Below are positions 12,856-28,901 of a DNA stretch of 64,000 nt, piece by piece (the first letter of the stretch is position 1; each line of letters opens with the position of its first letter). The stretch is from contig NC_042997.1 in assembly GCF_006345805.1 (NCBI RefSeq), forward strand, positions 16,244,001-16,308,000. Direction: 5' to 3'. The stretch is from Octopus sinensis. Its lineage: Eukaryota. The translations under genes were made by a program, and so were the position numbers. Under the pieces are notes generated by a model, which saw only the letters and a list, made by a program, of their open reading frames with translations, was not told the origin of the DNA and did not search any database.

Positions 12856-13224
12856 TGTAGGAAGACATCGTCAAGAATTCATTGCGACATGCTTCGTAGC
12901 TAAGGGGCTTCTTCTATCAAGAGAATAAGAGGTACTCGAATGGAATTCGAGGAATTCCATGGAATTCCGATGAGATTCTGTATAGAGGAATTTAGATCGT
13001 TTGTGTGTCCCACCAAGTAGCTAATGCAATAAAACAAAACTAAACAAACAAATAAATATAGTTGGGAAGAAGAGTCGCGGAATGAGGTAAGGGGGGTGGG
13101 GACGATGTAAACTCTGAAAAGAAGGGAGTCTGGCGGGCTTGGCTGACTGGCTGACTGGCTGCCAGTCTGTGCTATACTCCATACCACTGTGACCTAAGTC
13201 GACGATGAATACATGGATATATAT

Positions 13225-13247
13225 GCATATATACATATACATACATG

Positions 13248-13278
<31 letters not shown>

Positions 13279-13383
13279 TTATATACATACAATATGATAT
13301 GAATGTATGTTAGTGTCTGTGTGCGAGTTTGTATATGTATGTGTGCGTATGCATGCATATGTATACGTATGTATACACATATA

Positions 13384-13447
<64 letters not shown>

Positions 13448-13684
13448 CGTTATATATACATATGTATATAAATATGTGTGTGCATATATATGTACATATA
13501 TATACATATATATACGTATGTGTGTGTGTATATATGTGTGTATATATATATATATACACACATATATATATATACGTATGTATATACATATATGTGCATA
13601 TATATATATATGTATATACACGTTATATATATAAATGTGTGTGTGTGTCTGTGTCTGTGTGTGTCTGTGTGTGTCTATGTGTCT

Positions 13685-13722
<38 letters not shown>

Positions 13723-13755
13723 TGTGGTGTGTGTGTGGTGTGTGTGTGTGTGTGT

Positions 13756-13788
<33 letters not shown>

Positions 13789-13790
13789 AA
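13225..13790. repeat. Compound (TA)n/(TG)n microsatellite
   Basis: Direct reading. Confidence 0.95.
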
Positions 13791-14121
13791 TGCGGTACGA
13801 AGGAAAGTGTGCATTGAAGCATATGCTGATGATATAATACACCTAATTTTTTTTTTCAAGTAATTAATTCTGTGGAGTTGTGAATGTATCAATGTGTATG
13901 TGTATGTGTATGCATGTGTGTGTGTGTGTGTGTGTGTGTGTATTGTTTTGTTTATGTCTACATTTGTGTGTCTACATGTATGTCGTTGTGTGTACGTGGT
14001 AGTCTATGTTTATGAGTTTATAAGTGTGTGTTTTTGTGCAACTGTGTACGTGTATGTGTAGCTGTGTCTGTGCATATGTGTTTGTGAGTGCTGGGGTGCG
14101 TGTGGTTATTTTTATGTATGT

Positions 14122-14153
<32 letters not shown>

Positions 14154-14374
14154 GCATGTGATTTTGTTTATGCATGTGTGGCTGCATAAGCTTAATTGTG
14201 TGTGTGTGTGCGTGTGTGCACGCGGGTATACGTGCGCGTGCGTGTTTCTGCGTGTCTGTTTGTGTGTGATTGTGGGGGGTTACAGTATGTAAATGCTGTT
14301 GTGAACCATATTGAATCTTGGCTGGCTTCTTTTGAAATCAAACGAAAGATGTTTACGTCTTGCGTCATCACTCA

Positions 14375-14935
14375 CCACCCACAACCACCATCACCACCAC
14401 CACCACCACTACCACCACCAGCACCACCACCACCACCACCATCACCACCACCACCATCACCACCACTACTATCACCACCACCATCACCACCACCACCACC
14501 ACCACCACCACCACCATCACCACCACCATCACCACCACCACCACCACTACCACCACCAGCACCACTGCCACTACCACCACCACCACCACCACCACCACCA
14601 CCGCCACCACCATCACCACCACCACTACCACCACCATCACCACCACCACCACCACCACCATCACACCACCACCACCACCACCACCACCACTATCACCACC
14701 ACCACTACCACCACCATCACCACCACCACCACCACCACCACCACCACCACTGCCACTACCACCACCACCACCACCACCACCACCACCACCACCACCATCA
14801 CCACCACCACTACCACCACCATCACCATCACCACCACCATTACCACCACCATCACCACCACCACCACCACCACCACCACCACCACCACCACCACCACCAT
14901 CACCACCACCACCACCACCACCACCACTACTATCA
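14375..14935. repeat. (CCA)n trinucleotide array, ~560 bp
   Basis: CCA with CCATCA/CTA variants and one phase slip near 14663. Confidence 0.97.
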
Positions 14936-15569
14936 TGAGACAACAAGGAGGCCTTTACGTGATTGCTCAACCTGCTAAAAATAGTAACCAATTTTTTTTT
15001 CACCACTTCTATCTCAGAAAGATAAATGGCACGTAAGAAAAAGACGGAATGGTCACGGCTGGAATGCTTTTAATCATAACACTGTTTGATCAAGGCTGAA
15101 CTGGATCTAAAAACAAATCAGATGAAGATTCGAATCCCACGAGTAGCTTTCCACTTTTTGTATCGAAAAGGGTTTTTTTTTTACCAGTATTTACACGCTA
15201 TTATTTGTAGCTTTATCTGCTTCGAGTTCTACCGTTAAAAATAATAATAAAAACACCCACAACCCCGATACTACCACAATCAACACTAAACTCAAGGCCT
15301 CAAACCATTTCCATCACCATCGTCGTTATTAGCATCACCACCATTTTTACCATTATTTACACCATCATCACTACAATCAACACCTCACAAGAGCAGAACT
15401 TTTACCATTACCACCCTCATTATCACCATGACTACGTCTACTACTATCATCCACCACTATCACAACCATCACCACCACCTACACAATAAGCTCTACCATT
15501 ACTATTATCAATGCACTCTAACGTAAATGGTTTCATCGCTGCAGTTGCTATTCGTATAGCTAAAGATGC

Positions 15570-15829
15570 ATGGTTCAGTGGTTAGAGCGCCGGGCTTACA
15601 ATCGTGAGGTTGTGAGTTCGATTCCCGGACCGGACTGTTCTTGAGCAAAACACTGTTGCGTAAGTTGATTACATGGAGTCCAGTGCTCAACTGGTACTTA
15701 TTTTATCGATCTCGAAAGGATGAAAGGCAAAGTCGACTTCGGTGGAATTTGATCTCAGAACGTAAAGAAGGACGAAATACTGCAAAGCATTTTGCCCGAC
15801 ATGCTAACGATTCTGCCAGTTTACCGCCT
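15570..15829. mobile_element. tRNA-like SINE head (+, 15570-15690) abutting a family C fragment (-, 15690-15829)
   Basis: TGGTTCAGTGG / GAGTTCGATTC boxes, then the inverted family C core. Confidence 0.72.
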
Positions 15830-16074
15830 TATAAGTACTAGTTGAGTGTTGGGGGCCAATGTAATCGTTTTACCCAATCCTTCAAATTGCTGGCCTTGTG
15901 CCAAAGTTTGAAACCAATATTTACAATTGGTGAATGCATGATATATATTGGAAGGTGTTGATAAGGGATTTCACGTTAATCAATCGATCAGGCTTTTTTT
16001 GTAATGTGTTCCTATGTGAATAACAGGTAACACTGTCCCTAATGTAAGGTTCCACTTGAACTTCGCAGAAGGCT

Positions 16075-16119
16075 TGTTGTTGTTGTTGCTGTCGTCGTCG
16101 TCGTTGTTGTTGTTGTTGT

Positions 16120-16165
<46 letters not shown>

Positions 16166-16190
16166 GGTGGTGGTGGTGGTGTTGTTGTTG

Positions 16191-16222
<32 letters not shown>

Positions 16223-16244
16223 GGTGGTGGTGGTAGTGGTGTCG

Positions 16245-16279
<35 letters not shown>

Positions 16280-16282
16280 GGC
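16075..16282. repeat. (TTG)n/(TGG)n array
   Basis: Direct reading. Confidence 0.95.
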
Positions 16283-16654
16283 AACTGAGGTATTTTCTAA
16301 ACTTTGAAGAGAATGGTATGATGCAGCATTTGCTATGTTAAGAATGCCCCGTTCACCAGGAGAAGTCTTCAGGGACGGTAAGACCTAGTTATATGTAGCA
16401 ACAGTAAGGGTTCTGGTTGCAGTTCATGTTTAAGGCGAGGCAACGATATTGTTTTCTTGATGTAAGTAGTGATTACGTCTGTGCTGTTGAAGGAGACAAA
16501 ATTGGTCGGAAACTGTTGAAGAGATGTTAAGTCAACACTCCTTCGACTGTGTGATGCCAATCTTGAATTACAAGTAAAAAAAAGAAATTATCTTCAATCA
16601 CATTTTATTGATAATATTTAACATTTTTTAGCTTACAGTATTTACAATTATTTT

Positions 16655-17035
16655 AAGGCGCCGGGCAGACGGAATCGTTTCCGCACCGGGAAAAATGCTT
16701 AGAGGCATTTCTTGCGATTTTACGTTCGGAGTTCAAATGCTGTCAGGGTCAACTTTGCCTTTCGTTCCTTTCGGGATCGGAAAAATAAGAACCAGTTCAA
16801 CATTGGAGTCGATGTAATCGACTGGCCACTTCCCCCGAAATTACTGGCCTCGTGTCAAAATTTGAAATCAGTATTTACAAATGATCTGACAGAATCGTTA
16901 GCACGCATTTCGTCCGTCTTTACACTCTGTGTTCAAATTTCGCCTTTCATCTTTTCGGGGTCGATAAAATAAGTACCAGTCGAGTATCAACCCTTGAAAT
17001 TGCTTACCTTGTGCCAAACTTTGAAATCAATATTT
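16655..17035 (+). mobile_element. Two degenerate SINE family C copies
   Basis: Two GAATCGTT..TTCAAAT..CCTTTCG/TCGGGGTCGATAAAATAAGTACC matches. Confidence 0.7.
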
Positions 17036-18487
17036 ATAATTGATGAATGCATGATTTGTATGAATCACGAAATAATTCTCAGAGAGAGGAATATAATTGT
17101 TTGTGGTAACACGAATAATTTTCAGTGAAGACGTTGAAGGATGAAAATTAGTCTAATCAAACGTGAGGTTGAAAACACACATAGCTTCCAACCGCAATAA
17201 GCCAAATGTCCCTCAAAAAGTCGGATTTCAAATTCCTTTATTATATGTTTCGCCGAGAAAGCTCTTAAATGTTCTAACGGTAATATTTATGCGCGAAAAT
17301 TTAATTTTTCCGTTAGACTAACACGCCTACCACAAGCTGACATCACAGATAATTGGCAAAATATTTCTACATATAGTACCACTGCTTACCAACAACGACC
17401 ATCTTTGGTCTATAATGGTATTTGTTGGCTATTGTGGCTTTAGAGCTTCAATTTTCAAGTTCTAATCTCAAGGAAAACTAACTGCTACTGCACCATTACA
17501 GGATGTTTGAGAAGTATCTGTTCAAGGAAGCAATGCTGGCTTGACGTGAGGTATGAAAGATTACAGAGGAATGGAGGCGGATATCATCAGTGTATGTGTA
17601 TTTGTTGTTGACAAATCAGTGGTTGATGTAAATGAGAAATACTGGTGCATACCAAGGTTGACAGATAATGTATCAGTGGGGAGCTCCGTTATCACACGCC
17701 GCCATGATACAATCGGACCGGAAGCCACCGACCTAGAAGAGAATGTTTTTAGAGTTATGTTGTACTGTTTTGGAATTTTGTAGATTTGTGTATCGAGTTT
17801 GGAGTGTTTGAACGTGTAGTAGTAATAGAGATTTTTGTATATTGGAGTTTGCTGCAGCAACAAACGATGTCCCTTGAATGTCTTGCGGGTCTTTCAATTT
17901 GAATGATTTTCGTTTCATTGTCTAGGTGTGATATAAATGCTAGGCGTGATATAAATGCCAGGTGTGATAACGATGCAAAGTGCTCTGTTTTAGGTTGTAC
18001 TTTATAAGAATTTACTGTAAAGAGACAAGCAGCAGGACAAGTGTGATCTATGAGGAATGAAATTAATCGCTTTAAACACAATCGTTGCTTTTTATGTGTT
18101 GATCAATAGCATGTACTTTAAGAATACATGTATGGTTTTGTACTTTCTTTACTGTGTCTGTCTGCGTTTGGTATGAATGTAAACCAAAAACCTGTACACA
18201 ATTCCTTGTACTTGCGTCTTTTGTGCGTGCGAGTATTGCGGTGTGTGTGCATGCATATGTGTGCATGCATGTGTGTGCATGTGTGTCTGCATGCATGTGT
18301 GTGCATGTGTGTGTGCATGTGTGTGTGCATGTGTGTGTGCATGTGAATGTGTGTTTCTCTGTGTGTGCATGTGGGGTGGGGCGTGTGAGTGTAATTCATC
18401 GTTATATTGTTGAATGTAGTGTTGTATGTTAAATGTTGAAAAGGGAGAAAATGTGAAAGGTGGTAATTGTTATTGGCGTTATTGTCG

Positions 18488-19417
<930 letters not shown>

Positions 19418-20069
19418 GACTGAGGCCATAACTATGTGGTTGGTAAGCAAGCTATTTACCACACAGCCACTCCTGCACCTAGTAGATAATTTGCGGAAGA
19501 TTCGAGTGCTATTTCTGTCATGCTAAATGACCACATAGAGACCAGCATCAATCTTTATTGGTTCTTCTTTATTACAATCTGGCAGACATTTTGTCTTATT
19601 TGTTAATACTGCCCTTGCTTTCTATTACTACTTCTACCGTTGCTGTTATTGTACATGTTACTGCTGCTGTTGCTGCTGTTGCTGCTCAGCTTTTGTTGTT
19701 CTTGTCGTTGCTAATGCTTCTGCACGTGCTATTGTTATTTATGTTATCGTTGCTATTTGTGTTATCCGTTATTGTTCTTGTTATTGCAGATGTTGCTGCT
19801 GCCGCTGTTACTGCTGCAGTTGTTGTCTTCTTGCTTGTTTCTTTGCTTGTCGTTATTGTTGTTGTTGTCATCGTCTCTGTTGTTGTTGTTGTTGTTGTTG
19901 TTGTTGCTGTTGTTGTTGTTGTTGTTGCTGCTGCTGCTGCTGCTGTTGTTGTTGTGTGCACTAATGACCTTTTCTACTGAAGTCGCCTCTTCAAATGCCA
20001 AACGATCTCTTGCCAAAAGCTGCAGCTAACTCGAAAACAGTGACAGCTCGAAGTATAATAGTCGGATTT

Positions 20070-20550
20070 TGTTGGTTGGTTCGTTGTTTGTTTGATTGTT
20101 TGTTTGCTTGTTTGTTTGTTTGTTTGTTTGTTTGTTTGGTTGGTTGGTTGGTTGGTTGGTTGGTTGGTTGGTTGGTTGGTTGGTTGGTTGATCGGCTTGT
20201 TTGTTGTATTAGTTGGTTGACTAGTTTGTTGGTTGCTAGCTTGTTTATTTACTTAGCTGACTGGTTGATTGATTGATTGATTGATTGATTGATCGACTGA
20301 TTGGTTGGTTCGTTCGTTCGTTCGTTGGATTGGTTAGTTGGTTAACTGGTTGTTTGTTTTTTGGTTTGTTTGTTTGTTTGTTTGTTTGTTTGTTTGTATG
20401 GTTGCCTGGTTGGCTGGTCTTTCGGCTAGTTGATTGACTCCTTGCTGCCTGCTTGTTTGGTTGGTTACTTGCTTGCTTGACTAGTTAGTTAGATGGTTGG
20501 TTAGTTGGTTGGTTGGTTGGTTGGTTGGTTGGTTGGTTAGTTGGTTCCAT
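20070..20550. repeat. Compound tetranucleotide array (TTTG/TTGG/TTGA/TTAG/TTCG)n
   Basis: Direct reading. Confidence 0.93.
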
Positions 20551-21058
20551 GCTTATTTGGTGGAGTGTTTACTTGCTTGTTTGTCTTTCCCCACTTCGTT
20601 ATCCCAGACGATAATTGACTTGCTACCAAATAAAATAAAATAAAATAAAACAAATGGCTACGTTTAGAATCGATGTTGTTGATGGTGATGGTGTGTGGGG
20701 ATGGAGACAGAAGTTTGTTAAAATTTTATGATTACGTATATGTGTAGGAATGTACTTGTACGTATACACGTACGTATGTATGTGAGTACAGATATATATC
20801 ACGTGATCAACCTGGCTATTGGACGTTGTTCTACACTACAGGTCACAATGCGCTTTGCATCGTTTTAGATCTTGAATGATGCCACCCGCTGGCTAGGCGA
20901 GCAGGCCAACATGTATGTGTGTGAGTGTAAGCATACATATGTGCATATCTCCCCCTTCTCCCTAGCTCTCCTGTGTGACCCTTCTGTCCGGCATTTGCCA
21001 TGATAGATCGCTAGCCACTACACATTCTTTATTTTCTCTCTTTGTTTCTTTCTGTGTT

Positions 21059-21096
21059 CCTTTCTGTGGAAGAGCGTAGGCTCGAAACGTTAAAGA
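21059..21096 (+). ncRNA. Minimal hammerhead-like motif in a Penelope-derived short repeat (~20950-21185)
   Basis: CTTT-CTGTGGA-A-GAGC-GTAG-GCTC-GAAAC-GTT-AAAG. Confidence 0.38.
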
Positions 21097-21214
21097 CTTT
21101 TTCATTTCCCGAGCATTATACTAATACATCTGTTTGTTGTCTACACTACCTGTCTTCATCTTTTGTTTTTTGTTAATTCTCCCGATATATATATATGTGT
21201 GTGTATATACACAT

Positions 21215-21457
<243 letters not shown>

Positions 21458-21586
21458 TGTGTACATATACAAACACATACAAACATGTATTAGTATACAT
21501 ATATACATATATAAATTTGTGTATGAGAATTTTTTGTATATATATATATGTGTATGTGTGTGTACATATGTATGTATATATGTATG

Positions 21587-21620
<34 letters not shown>

Positions 21621-22006
21621 TGTATGTATGTATGTATGTATGTATGTATGTACGTATTTATGTTTGTATTATGTACGTATGGTTGTGTTGCTTAGTTTCA
21701 GTTGTATTTATTTAGTTGTTTGTTTATTATCAAATGGTTGTATCAGAAACGCATGCCTATCGGAACGTGGAGACATAAATTACAGAAAAGAACTCGGTCT
21801 TCTTACTGTCTTCGTTCTGATGGCATAACTATACTCCATACTGAGTCATCGTGATTCAGTGATTAATTTGTTTATTATTTACATCTCTACAACCATTACC
21901 ACCATGAAATACCGCTAAGCATTTCGCCCCGCGCGCTAAAGATTCTGCCAGCTCGCCGCTTGATGATGATGACGATGACGATGATGATGATGATGATGAT
22001 GATGAC

Positions 22007-22044
<38 letters not shown>

Positions 22045-22426
22045 GGATGATGATGATGAGTGGGAAGGGCTACTCGACCAGAAGAAAATTCTAACTGGGC
22101 TCCACCTGCAAGGTCATGCGCTGTTTACCTTGATATGAGATCACCATGTCGCGCACATATGGTTGTGATGCATGTGCCTTGTGTACCCTTATCAGACGGG
22201 TAGCCATGATGGGTATACTGGGCTTCATATATATTTTACCCCAGTGTCACTTTGATGGCATGCACTGCTCTCTCACTCAATAATAATAATAATAATGATA
22301 GTTCACCAACATGTACTTCTAACTTGTTGTCTCTTGAGGTTTCTGGGTGAGACTTGGAGCCAACTTGTACAACTGCAAAGCAAAAGTCAAACATAAAATA
22401 ATAATAATAATTGATAATAATAATTG

Positions 22427-22484
<58 letters not shown>

Positions 22485-22515
22485 TGATGATAATAATAAT
22501 AATGATAATAATGAC

Positions 22516-22590
<75 letters not shown>

Positions 22591-22699
22591 TGCCCTGATA
22601 CAGTACCAGACAGTGGCTCTCATGGCTTCTCATCTTAACTGATTGGAAGTGTTATCATGTACATTGTTTTGTCTTGGTATAAAAGATGGGCTACAGCGC

Positions 22700-23025
22700 T
22701 GCAATTTGGGGGGAGGGGATGAGTTGATTACATCGCCCCCCCCTCCCAGTGATTAACTGGTACCTATTTTATCGACCTCGAAAGACTGAAAGGTAAAATC
22801 AACCTCGGCATAATTTGAACTCAGAACGTACCAACGGGTGAAATACCTATTTCTTTACTACCCAGAAGGGCCTAAACACAGAGAGAACTAACAAAGACAG
22901 ACAAACGGATTAAGTCGACTATATCGATCCCAGTGCGTAACTGGAACTTATTTAATCGACCCCGAAAGGATGAAAGGCAAAGTCGACCTCGACGGAATTT
23001 GAACTCAGAACATAAAGACAGACTT
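22700..23025 (-). mobile_element. Two adjacent SINE family C fragments
   Basis: Two core matches on the minus strand. Confidence 0.75.
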
Positions 23026-24469
23026 CCTGAGCGTTATACTAATACATCTGTTTGTTGTCTACACCACCTGTCTTCGTCTTTTTCTTGTGAATTCTCCCCC
23101 TAATAGAAGGCACTTGCCTAAAGTACCGTGCAATGGGACTGAACGCGAAATTATGTGCTTGCAAAAAGAGCTTCTTAACCACATAGCCGCTGTAAAGTTT
23201 TCTCTTGAGAGGGATCCGGCAGAGAGTTACAGCCCCATTTTGGCTCCTCCAGCTTTGGACCGACATACTAAGTAAACCTCACCTCTTCTAGACTCAACCA
23301 ACCTCCACAACTTCTACTACTACCAACCAACACTATCTCTTAGAAATGGTAAGCAAATCTTCCTCAAATCACACCTCAAAGGAGAACACATTAGACAATG
23401 TAGTACTGCATATACAAAGGCAACAGGATGATGACGTTTACAACTTCTTTGACAAGATTGACCTGGGGCAAAGAACATCTCCACTGCTAACAACAACAAT
23501 AACACTATTACAAAGACCTCTACTACAAGCACAATTTTAGTACCACTGCTTCAGAGAATAACATCAACGCTGATGATACATCACCAGCCAACAACAACTT
23601 ACCATCAAGAAACTCAAATGGGACAAATGTTTGGCCAAGTTATTGAGACGGTGCTTTTCGCTCGCAACCATTTCCCCATGACAGAACCTTTGAAGCTCTA
23701 ACAATGGAGTGTAATTTGAGAGCAATTTAGCTGCTATTTCTTGCAGGTCGAATTATTATGTAAAGTTTTCCCTTCTTGGTAGATGAGTATGTTCACGATA
23801 AGGCGCTTCAAAATCCATGGTAGTTTTGTGGTATATTTAATCTATCGTCTGGTTTAATGCCATCACTGGCCTTTGGTAGTCTTTAGCTTACTCCACTCTG
23901 TTGCAAACATTCGGAATAGATCTCCGGAGGATACATCCCTTTCTTCATGCTTAGAACAATATCTTAACATAAAGTTCGATAAGCAAGCAATTAATCTATG
24001 TTTAGAGCAATATTTTAGGAAGGAACAAGGCCACTTCTGACTAGTGTAGAGCGTCTGATCTTACTTTTCTTGTAAAAAAGTTTCATTTACTTTTCTCTCT
24101 ATTCTTCACTGGCGACAATTTACTAGAGTCCATAAACACCTGATGAATAGCAGAAATGCTGGAGCACCAAACGAAACATCTTGCAATATTTAGTTGCATC
24201 ATTTCACGTTCGACATCCGAGTCGTTCGGTTGACGATTTTGTCTTTTAATCCTTCTGGAATATGTAAAACTATTAACGAATTCGATTTATTCGACTGTTT
24301 TCTCTTCTAAATAAAAGGTGGGAAAAACTAGTGGTCTTGAGCTTACTTTAGAAATCAGTCATGTCTTTAAAATTCTGGTTTCTAATTCCGTCAACATTTA
24401 ACTTTGTCATCCTTCAGTGGTCAGCAATATAAATACCATCTATATACTGCACTACCCCCTCTAAAGTAA

Positions 24470-25549
24470 TTTGGGGAAAACACCACCAAATGGACGTAAA
24501 AACATTGGTGCGAAAACGAATCGTAATGAGATTATGTTGACGTAAAATTTAATGCTTTACAAATGTTTCATGCGAGAGATAAATTCCACCATATTCCAAC
24601 AGAAAAAAATATTAAGGCTTGCAACGTCAACGATGAAGACAATATATGACAATAAAGATAAAATTAGTTGAAGTGCTCAAGCAGCTATTGTGTTAAATAT
24701 CCGTTATCAATGCAGTGAATAAGTGAAAAATTGGGTGAAGTGAAGCCTTTAACGATAAATAATGTTTAGCAAAAGATATAACCAAACTGAATCCGTGACT
24801 TTACGTTTTCTCCCAGCAGAAAGTCTACATCAAGTTCACAAGATATTGTGAAATTAGTAAATGAAGGAGACTTTGAAAAGGAGGAGATGATGTGACTGTC
24901 TTAGCAGGGACCCACAGAGAAAGTTTGTCTAATAAAGAGTTACGATGCAAGAACAAGAGCCAGCAACAGGGAAAGAGAATGATATAGAAGCTCCACTCAC
25001 TCTGCTGCAATTGACTGCAAAGAATATGGCTAAAGGATTAGCATTTATAAAGGAAGGTCTGCAAGTCTTTACTGATAACGTAGCCAGTCATGAACATAGC
25101 ATAAATATTACAAACGAAGTTCGTAATGAGCTCCGTTCCAACACTAAGCTGTACAAAGAGAAGATGCACTGTAAAAGTCGAACACCTTTAGATAAGTTCT
25201 TCACCTCTACATCAGACGCTGACCCACAGGATAGAAAATAGCGTTCCTTTTTCTCCAATAACTCTTAATCTATCACAAAGCGTCAGTATAATTTGTATTG
25301 TGTACGTATCCTACTATGCAATAACATGATTCTCGTATGTTCCGTATGGTATTTCTCTTCAAATGTTTTTATGTATGCAAACTGTTTTATCTGTGTTTAA
25401 AATTTTATATTTTCTTCATAAAAGCGGTTGTGTTACCTTTTTCTAATCGAAAGAATGTCATCGAAAAGTTTACAATAACTTTCGTTTTGCAGAATATTAT
25501 GTTGCGGCATAATTTTCAGGAACAGTGAATCCCGTGGGAGATACTTGTA
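24470..25549 (+). mobile_element. Tigger/pogo-like DNA transposon relic, internally deleted
   Basis: HTH-like ATSTMKTIYDNKDKI near 24620. C-terminal LTAKNMAKGLAFIKEGLQVF...LYKEK...TPLDKFF (ORF 24945-25241). Tigger-like end TTTTCAGGAAC...TGTA. Left end uncertain. Confidence 0.7.
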
Positions 25550-25601
25550 CATTATAGATGGACAGATAAATATGTAGATAGACGGGTGGATAGCTAAACA
25601 C

Positions 25602-25621
25602 ACGGGCAGACAGACAGACAA

Positions 25622-25718
<97 letters not shown>

Positions 25719-25739
25719 TAGATAGATAGATAGATAGAG

Positions 25740-25818
<79 letters not shown>

Positions 25819-25819
25819 C

Positions 25820-25918
<99 letters not shown>

Positions 25919-25923
25919 TAGAC

Positions 25924-26007
<84 letters not shown>

Positions 26008-26008
26008 C
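25602..26008. repeat. (GATA)n/(GACA)n, ~400 bp
   Basis: Direct reading. Confidence 0.97.
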
Positions 26009-27009
26009 ATTTCCGCAAAGTAACATGATAAATATTCTATAGTAGTTGATGCCCATGGGGGTTACTTGTGGTAAAGATTCTATATTTTCTTGATATATTA
26101 TCCGAAGTCCTTCCTTCCTGTTTGTTTAAATCCCTTAGACAAAAATTCATCGTGCTCTCAGATTATTTAAAATTGTACTTCCTCGGCTTTTGTGTGACTA
26201 TAAACGTCATAACTCCTGACATGAACCAAAAACATCCCAGTTCCTTTTTTAAAAGTATCCAGATGGTATTTCCCATTATCTTTCGAAGGCTCTCATTGTT
26301 TTGCAGTGATGTATGAAGCGAACGCTTCGTTGCTTTCTACATTTCTAGCCATTTCTACACTAATCACGCTTGATGTCAGTAACCTCTATATATGTGGGAT
26401 TAATTCAACAGTAGTAGACGTGATGACTCTAAAATCTATCCAAAGAGGAACAGACAGTTTAAAAGTTGACTTCATTGCTTTACTTACAATTTTATCAGGT
26501 TTGTTTCCTTCGAAATAGCTCATTCCAAAACTGATGCAACACTCTAAACCTTTTTGTTTCAGTTCCCCAGGCGAATATCCTTTAACCTCTTCTATCGACA
26601 ACAGAAAGAAATCTTTCGAGATGGATTTCAACATCGGAAGCCATAAAGCCCACAAGAACAAAATCTGAAGAGTGAGATGGTTGGTAGGGGCAAAAATCGT
26701 CACGTGCTTGTCAATATGAAGTGTAAAGGGGAGGACAGGTGAGGTTTACCCGTGGAAAGAAAAGCCTACGGAAAAGACCACGGTAACCTCGGTCAATGAA
26801 GTCACATGTTATATTTCTTTTTTTTTTTTGCAAATAAGCAACTTTCTGTATTAATTTTTACGGTTCATAGAATCATAGTCAAGGTGGGTTCGTCATTCAT
26901 AATAAAGAATGGCATGTGAGCAAGGACTGGCCTCATGCAGCATCCGGGTTTTGTTTATCAAGACCTCAAAGCCTCTTCCTTCACTCTGCCTTTCTCTTAC
27001 TCCTCAGGA

Positions 27010-27802
27010 CATTCAAGTAGTACTTTTTGATCGTTTTACCACATAAAAAAAACAGCGCCTACATATTTGAATAACTCTGATGTAGCAGTGATTCGACCCA
27101 ATACGACAGCCGCCCTTTTTTGCTTGGACGTCGTAACCGTAAACACACTCTCCATCATCTTCCGTGACAATTTCCAGAAAGTTTTCATCAGCATTCGAAC
27201 GATAAAAAATTTCTAAATAGTTGTGATTCGGTTTTCTTTTTGCTCAGTTGTCAACAGACGTAGGATACATTTTACAGTAACATGATGCATCTCCAACTGT
27301 ACTTTTAAAAGCAAGCGGTACGAACTTTTACAGAACTTCTTGGGCAATCAGGATACGATTTTCAGTGATCCCGACATGCTCTCTTTCGCAATCTGATCGT
27401 CACCCGCTCTCGTAGAAGATGCCCACATTTGGAATCGTCTTCAATGATTGTTCTTTCTGATTTGAAACCCCTGTACTACTCATGACATGACACATGGTTC
27501 AAAAACTCTTCCTCGTAGGGCTTAGCAATATAAGAAAAATTTCTGTAAAAGATTTTTGCCAACCTGAAACAGAAATCCATGCAACGAATCTCAAAAGATA
27601 TTAAACATATGTTCACGCTCGCGCATGTTGTTCAATAACTAACCAGTGTGATGAGAGAGATGTGACTATTATCAAACTGTAAATTAATATCTTCAATACA
27701 CACAGTACGACAGTTGCGAGCACAACAGTTAAGAGCACGCTACGTCAACGGGTTAGCATACTGTTTTAAAAGTCTGGTTTCTATTTAGAAAGATTTCGTG
27801 AT
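27010..27802 (-). mobile_element. Mariner relic, N-terminal half of transposase
   Basis: Frame-broken CMDFCFRLAK, YRGFKSERTIIEDD, SNADENFLEIVT..D..CVYGYDV. Confidence 0.65.
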
Positions 27803-28431
27803 CGTCAGAACATCTAGATGTCCTGAAGGTTAACTCGTGAGTATTCCATAGTTTCTTTTATGGTATTTGAGATCTATTGTTTAATTCATTTAGAGATAAA
27901 GTTATGCCATCGACTGCATTATGAGTCATTACGCACTCTCAGTATCTAAATGTGTGTACGCGTGTGTGACTGTCTCTGTGTATGTGCGTCTATGTGTGTG
28001 TACACACACAAGCTCATCCGCACATAAAGAAATTGTGATTTATAATAAGTGACAGAGCATGTACTAATGTGGAGATTTAAATTAATTTCAAATAAATGAA
28101 AAGTTAAAATTCTTATTGATTAAGTCAACTATGAAAACTAAAAGCATACCCAGAAGTGGCTACTTCAGTTTTATTTATACCAAGCAGAGTATAATTAGTG
28201 AGAGATAATTATAAAGATTGTTGATGGAACGTAGAAATAAAATAAATTAAATTATTTGAACTTTGTGTTTGGAATACGTGGTTGGATTATTAAAACTGAA
28301 GTATTAGAATAATGGAAATACTTGTAATCATTAAACTTTATGACAGGTAGTGCTATATTAAAGATGCCAGGTATAGTTGTGTAAGTATGTTATAATAAAG
28401 TTAGGGTAGAAAGGTTCATTATAGTCAGAGT

Positions 28432-28815
28432 GTGGAGGCGCAATGGCCCAGTGGTTAGGGCAGCGGACTCGCGGTCATAGGATCGCGGTTTCGATTCCCA
28501 GACCGGGCGTTGTGAGTGTTTATTGAGCGAATACATCTAAAGCTCCACGAGGCTCCGGCAGGGGGTGGTGGTGATCCCTGCTGTACTCTTTCACCACAAC
28601 TTTCTCTCACTCTTACTTCCTGTTTCTGTTGTACCTGTATTTCAAAGGGCCGGCCTTGTCACTCTCTGTGTCACGCTGAATATCCCCGAGAACTACGTTA
28701 AGGGTACACGTGTCTGTGGAGTGCTCAGCCACTTACACGTTAATTTCACGAGCAGGCTGTTCCGTTGATTCAGATCAACCGGAACCCTCGTCGTCGTAAC
28801 CGACGGAGTGCTTCC
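28432..28815 (+). mobile_element. SINE family A, full length
   Basis: TSD ATAGTCAGAGT at 28421-31 and 28816-26. Confidence 0.93.
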
Positions 28816-28901
28816 ATAGTCAGAGTTCTGGTCCGAGGTTTAAGCGCTTAGTATTATTGTAGATTACGTTATACACAGATTATATATATGTGTGTATATG
28901 T

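Noticed and set aside
12941-12975. GGAATTC triplication with 18-bp palindrome (12951-68) as a heat-shock element
   Set aside because: GAATTC lacks the nGAAnnTTCn spacing, the stretch is short, and no nearby promoter was seen.
14196-15036. Long poly-Pro/His/Thr/Gly/Val ORFs (up to 260 aa)
   Set aside because: Stop-free (CCA)n repeat open in several frames on both strands; no splice or homology support.
16330-16560. Possible LINE endonuclease fragment (TYIKKTI..YRP)
   Set aside because: Similarity too weak to call by eye.
19500-20050. Mucin-like or hydrophobic ORFs (19558+, 19686-)
   Set aside because: Degenerate (TTG/CTG)n triplet region, open in several frames, with no convincing exon boundaries.
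26050-26800. Coding-like stretch with a 105-aa minus-strand ORF
   Set aside because: Probably a decayed TE, but no motif recognised and stops flank it; left unassigned.
28432-28510. tRNA-like sequences (also 8203, 4870-4950, 15570)
   Set aside because: SINE heads with A/B boxes but no complete cloverleaf, continuing into SINE bodies.
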